NCBI RefSeq assembly: GCF_013076305.1
Contig: NW_027019762.1
Span: forward strand, 5,541,008-5,605,007
DNA: 64,000 bases
From: Rhopilema esculentum
Lineage: Eukaryota
Direction: 5' to 3'
The notes under the pieces are model-generated. The model was not told the DNA's origin. It did not search any database and was given only the letters and a program-made list of their open reading frames with translations. Of this stretch, positions 37,757-50,540 are shown in pieces; within the stretch, counting starts at the first letter, position 1, and each line of letters begins with the position of its first letter. Made by a program: the position numbers and the translations under genes.

Positions 37757-37938
37757 GGACTTCAGTCGAGCGTAATTATCAGGCCTAGTTTTTCGCAAGC
37801 TAGTGATAAACAGGCTGGTTCGGGTAAGCAGTTTGGGACAAGTGAAGAAACTCAAGTGTTTCATGAAGATATGAAAGAAGTTTGTTCAGATATGATGGCA
37901 AAATACTCCTTCTCGACATTGTCAAATCAACCTAAAAG
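37757..37938 (+). CDS. TSC2: TSC2 exon 28: GLQSSVIIRPSFSQASDKQAGSGKQFGTSEETQVFHEDMKEVCSDMMAKYSFSTLSNQPK(R)
   Basis: Acceptor ttgttttgaag|, donor AG|gtgagt. Matches human GLRSNVLLSFDD...[27 protein letters not shown]. Confidence 0.85.
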
Positions 37939-38411
37939 GTGAGTGTACTTTTCTACGAGCTCAACTTTAATCACAAGAAAGCAGAAATCCTTCGCAAATG
38001 GTGTGTCATATGTCGCTTTGATGAGTCAATTGCCAAAAGTTCTAGAAGACTTTAGGGTTTCCTGAACAAACGCACTTGCGATACATATTTTTTGCCAAAG
38101 TCTCATGCAGTGTGTTGTAAGAACTTAAGACAAGATTAGTCGCCAGTAATATTTCATGATTCAATATCATGTGCTTTCTTAGGATAGGAATCGTGAGATG
38201 AAAACAAATCGTAGATAATCATCGTAGAATTGGTTGTTTTCTTTCTAGCGTGGCTGAAAGAATAATCGTGTTTTACTAGTTTTTAGGTAGAACTGAAAGC
38301 GAGCTTTATAGAAATTCATTGCTAGTCAAGAGCTGATGTTAGAGATAAGAAAACTGAGGTTTAATCAGTTATTTCATCAATGCATTATGACCTTTTATGC
38401 TTTCTTTGTAG

Positions 38412-39244
38412 GTCATCGATCGTTGAGTTCCTTTTAACAAACGGACTGTCACAAAGCTGGCTTGTAGGTAACACTTTAGTGACAGTCACAACCAGTGGCT
38501 CATCCTCAGAGATGTGCGTGGCTTGTAACCAGAGACGTGCCATATTAACAGCCAATAAAGCTGCCGCCAAGCTCAGGTCCCAGAAACTTAACGAAGAGAG
38601 GCGTTTGAAAGGGGATCATCAATTGGCTGAAGAGCAAGAATCTTCATTGTCGCTAGCTGTTGAAGCAAGTATAGCGAAAGCAAGTATGGGGAAAGCAAGT
38701 ATGACAAAAGCAAGTGACGGCTGTTCTATAATGGCTGAAAATGGTATCCCTAAAGAGTCAAAGAAAGGTCAGGTTAGGCCGGAATTGATGCAGGTGTCAA
38801 CGACAGTTGCCAGTGGCGAAAAAGGTAGGCCTAGGACAGACAATAAAGGATCCGACACCACAACCACTAGCTTCGAAATCAAGTCTTGCGAAGAGGCTGC
38901 CGGGGATCGTAAGGAATCAAGAGTTGACAGTGCTGTTGAAATGACTGAAGAATATGAATCTGTAAAGGAGGGTGGCTTGGTGACAGCAGAGCTTTCATTG
39001 CCTCCTGAAGTCAAATTCGAAGTCTCGGAATCCCCGGCTGCCCAGTCATATCTTCCATTGATAGAACCAGATGCCTTGCCTGATGAGACTGGCAATGAGA
39101 TATCGCTTGTTAACCGACTCGCTCTTCAAGAGCAGGACACAAGCACTGGCTACGTCTTTTCTCCAACGAATTACTTTCTCGATGAGATGGGTTCTTTAGC
39201 TGAAACAGGTATTTCCGCAACATCGTCTATGGAGTTCTTAAAAG
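38412..39244 (+). CDS. TSC2: TSC2 exon 29 (large linker exon): (R)SSIVEFLLTNGLSQSWLVGNTLVTVTTSGSSSEMCVACNQRR... ...SSMEFLK(G)
   Basis: Acceptor tttctttgtag|. The 833-nt open frame matches human [39 protein letters not shown]. It then continues as a low-complexity S/E/K-rich linker. Donor AAAG|gtttgt gives a phase-1 exit. Confidence 0.8.
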
Positions 39245-40484
39245 GTTTGTGCCTAGAGCTTCTCTTTAAGTCATCAACTGTCCTATCTTTACTGCACTGA
39301 CTCTTTTGATAATGCTCATAAGGTGGTTATGTCAACCAGTTGTTTTGACATCGTAAAAGCTGATTACGATTTGGCTGGGCACGATCCAAGTTTGATCACG
39401 CTTATAGTTTTAAGAATAAAGTAAACATACGGATGTTCAAATATGATATCTGTTGATCTCTGAGCTTTACACTGCCTAATCTCCCCGCAGACTGTCATTG
39501 TTGCTGTTTTTGGTCATTTTAGCAGAGAAGAACAGCTCGAAACCTATATTTTGCTTTACTTATTGTTAATGTCGGTAATTGTCTATTTAAACCGTCCTTG
39601 CTCAATTTTCGTCGTTATTTTTATTACAAGATTAGAAGAATCCAGCAAACGGCATTTAAGAGTCTTTTCCTTGTAGCATACAATTCCCGCCAGGACTGCA
39701 AGTAGTATTTTAGAAGTGCTCTACAATAACAACACATTTACTGGTACAATTTTTATGTCGGGTCATCCTTTGTAAACCATACAATCTACGTGAAAGAAAT
39801 TGTCGAATCCTCAAATGTTGAAACAAGCTGTTTCTATTTGGTAGTAACTGAGCAAGACCAAGCAGGATTGTTGCATATGCATGTTGACGGTTTAGGAAAT
39901 TTTCGATTCCAGATCATATGCTGCTGTGCGGATAATCAGTTCTGATGATTTTGAGCGAAATTCTTAAAGCCAACATTGAAATCCTACCATGGGCTGTTTC
40001 TGTTTTACATAAAACATAACTTGCGGCAGCAGAAGCGCACAAAAATGCCATCGGGAAAGGCACTTGGGTTTGACAACTTCTAATTTCCTGCATTATTAAA
40101 TGCAGTAGGATGATTACATCATTTGCGCACCATTATTATTAAGAAGCTTCATTGACTCTCTGAGAAAACCTTTTTAAAGTATTATCTTTCCATGAAATTT
40201 TCCCGTTTAAATATGATACCCGTATTTCTGGTGGTTCATCTAAGTTTATGTTCAACGTCTTTTAGAAATTGTGGAGAATGGTAGTATTTACCTATCATCG
40301 ATATGGTTCTTTCGACAATATACTGAGAACAAGCTGTTATAGCTGCTTGGAACACTTTTCAACTGCCTGTTAAATGTAGGAATGGAAACTCTCTCTATAC
40401 ATTCTCCAACTATCACTCCAGACTGCGCTGCTTGTATCTGAATTTGTATTTAATACAATTTTTGTTATGTTTTGCATTTGACAG

Positions 40485-41261
40485 ACCAAGCTGAATTAAA
40501 AGATGATGATGCTGAGGATGGCGATAATGGAAACGAGTTAAAACAAGAACATCGCACCTCCGAAGATTCTAGAATTCAAAAAGAGACAACAGAAATGAAT
40601 GTTGTCCAAAGCCAGCAGCAGTCGGAACATTTGGTTGCAAAAACTGCAGAATGCGGGGAAGCTTTATCTGTCCATAGTGCTGGCGTTGAAAAGCAGGAAC
40701 GAACAAGCTCTAAAGAAATGATGCTGCTGCCTGGGAAGTCTACCTCGGATGTTGAGACACAACGCCCGCCTAAAAGCATTGCACAGAAAGGAAAAGTTGA
40801 TAGTCCTGACTCTCAAGTTCCACGACAATTAATTTCCAGGCTTGAGCAAGATGCACCGGCGTTAGGATACAACGAAGGTCTTCCTAAGCAGAGCTTACTT
40901 CGTGCTCAACCTGTGTCAACAAATGTCTCTCAGAATTCCTCTTTGCAAGCTTCCCCCGCGACATCTAAAAAGACGTCATTTCAGAATTCAGTCGAACTTT
41001 CTTCAGAATTTGAAATGGTTGATGAAGCTGATGCAGCCTCGTTCTCGCGCAAAGAGAGCAGCAGTGCCAGATCACTGCCAAACACAATATGCAATTGCTC
41101 CTCGGATGGCTGGGCTGAGATCGTGATACGCAGACCAACTGGCAATACATCTTGGGTGATAAAAATCGAAAATGTTCTCCATGAAAGTGACACAAGCCGG
41201 ATTGAAGATATCACTGCACTAGCTGCAGCGGTTGAAGCCGAGGATTATACGTCAGATATTC
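40485..41261 (+). CDS. TSC2: TSC2 exon 30 (linker): (D)QAELKDDDAEDGDNG... ...[32 protein letters not shown]...AEDYTSDI
   Basis: Acceptor catttgacag| with phase 1 on entry. Contains the conserved tuberin block [24 protein letters not shown] (human), seen here as [24 protein letters not shown]. I placed the 3' end at the strong donor ATTC|gtaagt at 41262. The exact end is uncertain because the ORF reads through this donor. Confidence 0.7.
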
Positions 41262-41639
41262 GTAAGTATAAGAGAGCCACTATTTGCAGTATGGCTTCTA
41301 AGGGTTTTTTGTTTGCGCTAAGGGATTTCCTAGTACTCAGATATTTAAAAGAATTGGCTCTTAAGCAATGGCACTTTAAAGCTCGATATTCTATGGTCAT
41401 TTCACTCACTTTAACTTTGTCGCACAGTGAATTATATGGGATTGCTGGTATCTGAGGCATACAGTTCCTATTTATGTTCATATTTTCATATATTTCATTC
41501 TTTTAATGAGGATTGCCCCGCAGCAGTAACTGGTTTTCAAGGGGCCTTCAAAAAAAATCAATTAGTAGGGTGTGAAATAAAAAACAAATAATTGAATAAT
41601 AATTAGATAAACCGTATTTAAAATGTTTAAAATTGACAA

Positions 41640-42960
41640 TTATGCTCAAAATATACAATCTAAAGAAAAGAAACTATTTCTCTTTCTAAATGGTTTTCCT
41701 GAAACTATGGAGAGAGGTTGCCTGCCTAGACTTGGCTGTAGGCTATTCCGTAGCTTTGCACCTCTATAAGAGAGGCATATCTGGCCATCTGCTGACCTTT
41801 TCATTGGTGACCTCAAATTGGTTCCCGTATTGCGAAGACTAAATGATGAACAGAAGGATTTTTTCGGTGAAGAGGTCACACAAGTGCCAGCTATTTAAGG
41901 GAATTGACGACCATTGTCTTAGATTCACTGGCTGTAAGTTGTTCCATGGTCTTCCATCCCTGCCGTTCAATAATAGGTATACTTAGGGCATTGATGCTGC
42001 TGTTTGTTGTTATTCAAGTAGCACGGTTGTAGTTTTTGCAAATGACAGAATGTAGTTAAACCAGCATAGCCCCAAACCGAACAGCAGCACCGAAAGTAGG
42101 GCGCGAAAAAACCTGTGTATGGAGTTTGAAGTGTTTCTTTCGAGAGAATAAGGTTGGCATATTCTCAAAAATCAACTGACTTTGAGAGGTGATAGAAACT
42201 GCTTTGATCTGTTCTTTCCAATCCAAGGAGCAGTGAATTTGCACACCGGAGTATTAAGGCTTTATGAACATTTGAGAATGTTGTATTTCTGCTAGTGGAA
42301 ATAAGCTTTTTGCCTTTGAGCCAAGTGCAAAGTTTTCCGAGGTCGCTTTTAATAGCCTCGTTCAGCCTAATCAAATCGTAAAGCTTAAAGCACAAATTGT
42401 TGTCATCAGCATCGTTAAGATCGTTAATTGATATGAAAAAGAGAAGAGGGCCAAACATGAGCCTTGTGGAACACCAAGCTCGATGTTCCTAATACTTGAA
42501 TCGACGCCATTAACCCTACAAAGCTGATTCTGGTTATGATCTTACCAGGGGAGTCCACGTTTGTGAACACTATAAAGCTTAAGCTTATTGCAAAGAATGT
42601 CATAATCTACGATGTCAAATGCCTCTTTGAGTTGGACGAACCGCCCACAAGCTTACTGATGTCCGTTCCATCATAGTGGTTCCATTGTACCAGTAGTCTT
42701 AAGTCAGCAAGTGGCTATTGAATGAAGACGCAAAATCTGGATTGGCCTTATGAACAATGACTATTATCATTTATAAACTGATTCAACTGGATTCTTACTA
42801 GTTTTTCAATGAGCCTTGAGGTAACTAGCAAGACTGTTAATAGCTTGTAGTTAGACTTGTCAGTCATCTCCACCTTTGAAGACTGGAGTAACTCTCGCAA
42901 CTTTTCAGGAGTCGGGAAAGCGACTTGTTCCAAATATATATTAAGTATGATAGCAAGCGA
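41640..42960 (-). mobile_element. 5'-truncated, decayed CR1/L2-like non-LTR retrotransposon (reverse-transcriptase and 3' region) in a TSC2 intron
   Basis: Minus-strand translations contain several RT hallmarks: SNYKLLTVLLVTSRLIEKLV (RT box 1/2), AFDIVDYDILCNKLKLYSVHKRGLPW, GVPQGSMFGPLLFFISINDLNDADDNNLCF (RT box 4/5), and LSYRGAKLRNSLQPSL...FRKRN (a typical CR1-clade 3' ORF2 end). The blocks are interrupted by stops and frameshifts. Confidence 0.75.
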
Positions 42961-45900
42961 GATTTCAGTGAAAGTTTTAAAAAGTAGCTGAAGATGCAGG
43001 CAATCCCAAAGCTTTTAGTGGTTTTAACTTTGGCAGAAACATCCCTGCTTGCCAGTTGAAAATGTTGAAAATTGGTAATATGTCAGCTGAAACACCAGAA
43101 AAGACATGCACAGTGGAGATTTTTATCTTACATTTCTTATCGCTTTTAATGTCACATTTAGTAGTTTTGAATTGAAATGCTATGTATTGACGCAAGTTGC
43201 TGCTTATGCGTATGAATTATTAAATGAGTTCAAAATAATTTTAGCTAGAGTGACAGTGATAGTAATTAAGTTTTAATCATACCCTGCCTATTGCTAGCAA
43301 AGTCTTTAATAAGTAATTTTGCATCAAAACAGTCATCGAAGAGAAATAAAGATTTTGTAGAGAGTTTATTGTACTTCTTTGTAGCCCTGTCAGTATTATG
43401 TACCAAATATCACCTTATCTGTAGCAATGTATATCTACAAAAGGCCGACCTCCACTTCTCTCTCGCGCGCACTGTGTATCTCTTCATCTCATAAGCTCCT
43501 CGTAGCTTATTAGCCCGGGAACCAGAGCCTCGCGATTCCGGGTATAAGGTATTGTAGAGAGCTGCAGTGTCAAAAAATGAGTGTCAAGAAATATTTCTGT
43601 GACTAGTTTCGAACTTTATTTTTTGGACTAAATAGTGGAGACTCTGGCACCCAGGGTACGGCTTGTCCGCGCGAAGTCACTTTGGGAGTTGGTTCACAGC
43701 CTTACTACAAAGGTGAACGACATTTGTTCTTCGCGACCAAACCGATCTCAAAGCACTTGTGCGCACGGTTGGTCGCAGTGCGCGCGCGAGCAAGAAGATG
43801 GAAGTGGTAGTCGTCTTAAGTCTCTTCATTTCTCATTGGAAGCTTTAGAAATCTTTCATTGGTTTATCGATCTTAACCAATGTGATAGCGCCTATGCTTT
43901 TCCCGCTGTTAGTGCGACAGGTAATGCGATAGCTGCTTCTATGTTCGGCAAAGGTCAACGCTTTTACACCATATACTGAGCATACTGTGTTTTGCATTTC
44001 AGGAAAATTTTATGATAGTCCTTCAGAAGAAGTCACATCAACCAGACCGCGATTCATGTCTGTCGTGACGGATGAGCTAAGCAAAGAGAGACAAGCCGCT
44101 CGATCCTGTATGTACAGTAATCTTTTACCTCACAAATATCTATCAATTTTGCTGCTACCTGAAATTTTTGTCACCAAAAACACAATTTCCAAAGCCATTC
44201 ACTATCATTTAAGTGCTAGACTGCAATTTTTGGCCTAGCACAGTTTTCAAATGTGGCTTGATTAAAATCAGGATGATCTTATTTTACTTTTGTCCCATTT
44301 CTAATTTACTGCGCTATTCTCTATTTAACGATCGGTGTTTACCATTAGTGTAAGCGCAATGAAATTTCAATCATTTGAAGGTTCGGTCATGAAAGCTACT
44401 CATTGGACAGTTTCTTGAAGTTAAATTTTCTACGCAAGTATTACTTTTTACATGAGCAAGAATATTGCACAAATGAACATTGTTGTACAAGCAATGTTAT
44501 TCTACAGGTACTTTTTAAAAGAGGCTATTCTAGCTATCTATTTAGTTTCATTTCATGTTTTGCTTTAAGCATTGTGCTCCCATGAATTTCCATTCTCTAT
44601 TTTTAATTCCTTTCCTGATATCACCCAATCTTCCTTGAATCGTTTATTCACAATGAAAATTTAAAGAAATCGACGAAACGATCTCTAAGCCTCCTTTTGG
44701 AATTTGAGAAGGTCTATTCACACGGATTTCAGTGTGTTCTTATGGTTTTTCTTTATTGCAAACAGTTCAAATCTTTCATTTCTTCCCATACATCTGCCTT
44801 GCGACTTATCTTTTCATAGTCATTAGAAAAGGGTTTTTTTAATGACTATGACCTTACCCTTTCTTGTAACTCTCACGCAGCTTATGAATATGCAGGAAAA
44901 TTTCTTCTGCTTTATACGTTTTCAAGTGAACGGTTAATCCACGTGTTTTTATTTATTCGTGGTGAAAATAAGTAGGTTTCCAAGTTTACAAGAAAACTTT
45001 TGATGTCTAATGTGGTTTTCACCACTAAATTAAAAAATATAGGGTATTTTCGTATTAAACAAAATCAAAATATTTTTGCTGAAGTCAATTGTTATAAAGT
45101 TTCTCATCCGAAAGTTTTCTGTCTGTAAGTCACGTTAATTTTAAAAAATTATCACCCAAGTACAGTTTAAAATTTCACAGAAATATATTTCTTTTCGTTC
45201 TACGCCAGGTTGCAAAAAACGGACTATCTTTCTTGCACTGTGTGCATAACCTCTTTGTCATATGTTAACGACTTTATTGCACTTGAAAATCTTGATTTGC
45301 GAAACAAAGATTAAGTCTAAAGGGACTTGCCACGTAGCTTATAATTCTTAACTGCATAGAATCATATAGTAAATACAACTCGCTAATTTATAGTTTGCAA
45401 AATTAAAAGAAAATATGTAATAAAGAAGAAGTGCATTAAAGGTTGTCAGGACCAACGTAAAAGGATGAAGGGAATCAAATAGGTTGTAAAATTGAATTTC
45501 AAAATAAATTAAATGTAAAACTAATATTTTGCCCCGGGATACAGGGCTTCATCGGAGTAAATGAAACGAGCAATTCAATGCCATCTACATTTACTCTGAT
45601 GAAGTCCTGTATGACATACCCGGCAATATTACAGGAATTTTTGTCTTGGCAATTTAAAGATTAAGTGCAATCTGTCTATTGAGATCTTTAGTAGTCTTTC
45701 CTTTACCTTGCACCAAAATACGCAAGTTGAACAGGCCAACATTTTTCCAGTGGCGTCTCCCTGTTTTTTGTCTTGAAGCAGTACCCTTCTAGTGTCAGCT
45801 GTGAATGTCCATACCATCTTACTTAAAGCTGCTCAATATGCCATTGATATTTCAGTTTTCCTTTTTCAAAAGTATCTTGTGATTCAAAAAATTGCAATTT

Positions 45901-48900
45901 TTACTTCTTAAATACCCCCCCCCCCCCATTAGATCATAGCTGGATCTTTTTAAATAAAGGCTTACTTCTAAGGCAGGCTAAATATATCGAACAATCTATC
46001 ATGCATTTTCTCCTCACTTTCAGCCTCGGACAGTCCCAAACCTTTCTCGCAAGACATTTCTTCCGATTCGCCCTCAAGTTTTCGTAGACGCCGATTTAGC
46101 ACTGGTTCAATGGATATCTCGGGAACTTTTCGTGTAAGTATTCAGTTTCTCGAGCCTCCACAATGAAACCTGCCTTCTTTATTTTTGGGTTTTTGTTATG
46201 TTTAGTCTTTTTAAAGAGTACAATAAAACCTTGATTCATGCTATCACAAATATCCAGCTTCACTGTTTTTTCACTCATGTTTGGCACAACGCAAATCATC
46301 ATCAAAATAGTATCCCTGCCTCATTCTTGAACAAATTCGATAACCAATCGGTCCAATAGCTCAAAATAGCAAGATGGGAAAATTGATATCCGCATTTGCC
46401 GCTATATAAGCGGTTTCGGCAACGTGAATTGGGTATCTTTTGAAGCACGCTAAGTGCCCTGTACTTTTGTACTTTTCTTCTTTGCTAGAACATCGTCATT
46501 CTGAGATCCACAACCCAGCTTGACTTTATTGCTAATCACAACCCAGCTTGACTGTCTAATCGAATTCCCTTGTGAGGTTGTCCTCGCACCCACGCTTAGC
46601 TGTGCAGTATGAATTTTGAACCAGAAATAATTGTCCGGTGCAGAGCACTAAAGATTCCAAAATAGTAGAAAATCTTTTTTTCTATGAATGCAAAAGTTGG
46701 TTCATTTTTAATATATCATACATCTTCAGCATTACTGCCTAATTACTTTCGAAAAAGTGCACGTAAATATGATAAATTATCGTTAGATAATTCTATACAA
46801 GCACCATAGATTTACGTTAGAATCAACATTCTTGCGTTTTTGGTAACCGGAAAAGCATTTTTTAATTTTTGTCCCGCATTGATTGGAAAGTATTTAGAAT
46901 ATTGAGTATAGATTTTTTTGGAACAGAATATTTGTTAATAACAATTTTGAATAGCTGATTATAATTTTTGAAGCTACCCCTGTCCATCTCTGTGATGAAT
47001 TGCAGTGCACAACAGTTTTTTCCAGATCAATTTGGGCAGGAACCTCTTCGATTTGATCCTTTGAATACAGCCGCTTTGCAGTTTCATGACATTTATTTTG
47101 AAAACTCGTCATGAAGAGGATAGTTAAATACATTATCATGCGAAATGATCCCTGCCTAACATAAATGTTGAAGCAGGTGGGATTCTAAGTTTGTATTTTC
47201 CAACAAAGGAAGAAATTAACATGAAATGTTTCAGCCCGGCTACGTCCAACATGGGCTGAATTTCAACTCGGTTGACAGTGTTATCCATTATAGTGTTTAC
47301 ATGAAAGAATCTCAGCACAGGCTGTAACCATCATGGCCCTTCAGCAAAGTTTAAAAATTCAACACGGGCTGATATACTTACGTAATTAGCAGAAAATTTC
47401 AGGAAGCGATGAATGTTGGGACAGCTTCTATGGTAATTTAGACAATTAATTTTGATTATATAGCATGACGTAATCTCGACCGGTTTAAAGAGTTGTCTTA
47501 CAAACATATAGCATTATAAATGACGAGTCAAAATCTGTGTCCGGACTGAAATTTCTCTAAGAAAGCTAGTATTGTGATCTGCTTGGTTAATGCCAGAAAA
47601 ATGCTTCAAAATCAGATGATTACTTTACATTTATTACTATTATCATCATCGCTTCCTCGTGTCTTTTCTCGATCAGCAATGATTCGTTTGTTATCGCCTC
47701 TCTGATTTTCCTTCCACCGTTTTGCTTGATTTATTGGCATTTTACTTTCCTATTCCATTCATTTTGCAATCTTTCCACATGTTTAAAGCTACTATAGTGG
47801 AACTATTTTTCACATTGACGTATTTTGCCAAAATCCTACTTTGAAATCCTCCTATGAAATATTAAAATTAATCTGATATTAAATACAAGAGAATGAGTCT
47901 AATCTTGCGTTGTCGATGCCCGAAGAGAAGACGAAGGAACTTCGAAGGAAAAAAAGCATAAAACTTGATGGATAAAGAGCGCCATTTCTTAAAATTCATA
48001 TCCTCTAACTGATAATTTCTCAACTTTGACTACTTCAGCACAAAATTTGATATTCATTTTTAGGTAGAGATTAATTTTCTAGTCATAAATTAGTGATGAA
48101 ATTGAAATGCAAAGCTTTTTACTCAAAGGAGACATAAGACTGACGTGATTGTTCCCACAATTGAGTGTTATAATTAAAGAGTTATGCTCAAAGTTCTATG
48201 TATCTAGTCGCACTTTTTCTCTATTGCTTTGTATTAATTATTTATTCGAAGTGCAGTAAGCTGAACAACATTGATTATCAAACGTAACAAAAAATTTTGG
48301 ATATGCCACGGATCGAGATGGATCGAAATATTTTTTTCTCGTTCGGGTACAGTAGGTTTCTCTTGTTACAAATCGAAAAGCAAAAGCCTTTCATATGCCT
48401 AGGAAGAGAGGTTACCATTTTCTGCGCGCTCTTAACAAGGAAAGGAGTTATGCTTTTGTTTGTTTTTTCCTGATTAGGGAATATTAAGAGCGAAGCAAGA
48501 TTTAGCTTATCAGCTTTCAAGACTTAACTACACAACATAAAAGGAACGTTGATGTCCCCCAAACATGATGTTTCCCGAGTTAAATTCTACAAAGTGTTCG
48601 CTGATTTTTTAAGGGACGGTGATTTCGACAATTTTCAATCTGCTTGCGAAAAGTCAAGCGTAAGTTCCGTTTGAGATGCCAGTCATCAAGTTTCTCAAAG
48701 AATAGCTTTCAAAGCCGGCTTTTCAAATGGATTTTTGGCTGAGCCTATTACGATTCAGACATGATGTTTGGATTCTTGCATTTGAGGAGATATTTGATTC
48801 ATCTGTCCCGTTCTTAAAGAGCTTTAATCTAGCTTTTAGTCTTTGTATATTTGTACCCCCGTCATAGATTATCCGTAAACTGCATAGCAATTATATTGGG

Positions 48901-50090
48901 AGATGTGATCGGAATATTTAACCCTCAATTAATCAAGTTGTTTGTTTTCCGCCTCTTAAGCGTTGGTTTTTGTTTAAACCTCGAATCTTGATTTTCAAAA
49001 ATGCGGTAATGGCATACGAGTTTCATTTAATTTTCACTTTACCAGACCATTTAAACGCATCTCACGTAAAGACCGGCAGGACGATGGTCGCCTTGTTTTG
49101 ATTTTTCTTTAACAAAAATCTTTAACCTGCCTGGTTTTGTAGAAATCATTCTGTGTTATGGCTATGCACTTAAATGATTGTTAGCTTGGACAACATATCT
49201 AGAAAATGTCTTTGATCATGGAACTTTTTGCCAATGCTTTCCGACCAAGCTTTTTTCATTTAATCAAAAGAAGAGTGACTCAAAAAGCCCTCGTCATTCG
49301 TTCGAGCCATTTATCGACAATTTACTTAAGTAAAGTTACTTTCATGAGTTTTTAGCTTCCTTTTTAGGTATAATATGACTTAGGTTTAGTTCTTGCTTTT
49401 TTGAATCAATAATGGTTTATGAGAATCAAAAAGTTGTTTTTGTTGTTTACGTATTGACTCATTGGACCCCATTTTCCAACCTCTTGTTCTGAAGCTTGTT
49501 TTTCTGCATACAGCTGCTTTGTGTACGCACGTGGTGATTGATTAGATTAAAGTAGCAACTGTTTTAGTCTACTTTCATAATGGATTCAGTTGTAAGCAGA
49601 CCATTTGAGTCTTCTGTATGTTAACTTTCCGTTTTTTGTCATTTTTGCTCTGTTGTGTGTCATGGGGGGCCTACTAACCTTATTAAAATGTACTTGTTTT
49701 TAAATCCTTGTTTTGTTTTAGCGAATAATCCTCTAAGACATCAGGAAAAATTGTAAGCTCTGTTAGTGTTTCGGTTACTGTGTCTTCACATGCGCAATGA
49801 GTAAAATTACCATTTATGGATATAAGCTCTGTTTTTCCATCTGTCGTGACGTGTTATTTTGTCCTGTCAAGCATTTGTTTTTGTTTTACGCCATCGGATC
49901 GATTGAATAAATTTTAAAGAATCTGATTCTTCAAACTGCCTTCGTCATTTTTTATCAAACTTGCATTTAATTGACAACATATAACTTCACAAACCATCTC
50001 GCACAGTAACCAAGTTCATTTAATTTATGAACCGACATTTTGTGAAAATGGAATTCTAACTTTTAACATTGAAAAAACAAAACCTTCTAA

Positions 50091-50540
50091 GGCCTGGTTC
50101 AAACGTCGCGCTTCTCATGTCCGGAACCTAATTCTGTTTGGAGCGACACTTGAGCATGTTTAGCGCGACTCCCGTTTCAAACGTCGAACTTAATCATTTC
50201 GCGCCAAATGGGTTTTAGGATTGCTACATGAAGTATCTTGGTTAAGGCGCGCAATCTCAAATATTTGTTTGAAACGCATGCGCCCTCCAAGAAAGAAATG
50301 ATTTCTGGGAAGGAAAATAAATTGAATATAATTATGCATTGAGTTCGGTACATGACAAGTTCGACGCTTGAAACCGTGCCGTGCTGGAGCCGTGCAGCTG
50401 GGCAAGCTCTGCCGATCCAAACTAGTCTGCCGCTCCTAGCTAAATCTGCCGTACCAAATTGATTCAAACGTCGCGCCCCTCGTGTACTTAATTCTCGAGT
50501 TAGGTTCGGCACATGAGAAGCGCGACGTTTGAACCAGGCC
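50091..50540. mobile_element. Tourist/PIF-Harbinger-like MITE, 450 bp, with ~42-bp TIRs and a TAA target-site duplication
   Basis: The 5' end reads GGCCTGGTTCAAACGTCGCGCTTCTCATGTCCGGAACCTAA. The reverse complement of the 3' end is GGCCTGGTTCAAACGTCGCGCTTCTCATGTGCCGAACCTAA, which gives 2 mismatches. The element is flanked by cTAA|...|TAAg. It contains internal subrepeats (caaacgtcg / ttcaaacgtcgcgc) and has no coding capacity. Confidence 0.75.

Noticed and set aside
38769-39095. 108-aa antisense ORF inside TSC2 exon 29, plus other antisense ORFs such as 40576-40779, 40965-41214 and 57766-57981
   Set aside because: These are opposite-strand shadow ORFs of real coding exons. Such ORFs are expected by chance in long, serine-rich exons.
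43635-43979. 114-aa + ORF METLAPRVRLVRAKSLWELVHSL..., considered as a TSC2 exon
   Set aside because: It has no similarity to tuberin in any frame. It cannot be joined in phase with exon 30 and the downstream exons. It coincides with an isolated CpG-rich patch. It is recorded as a possible regulatory element rather than as CDS.
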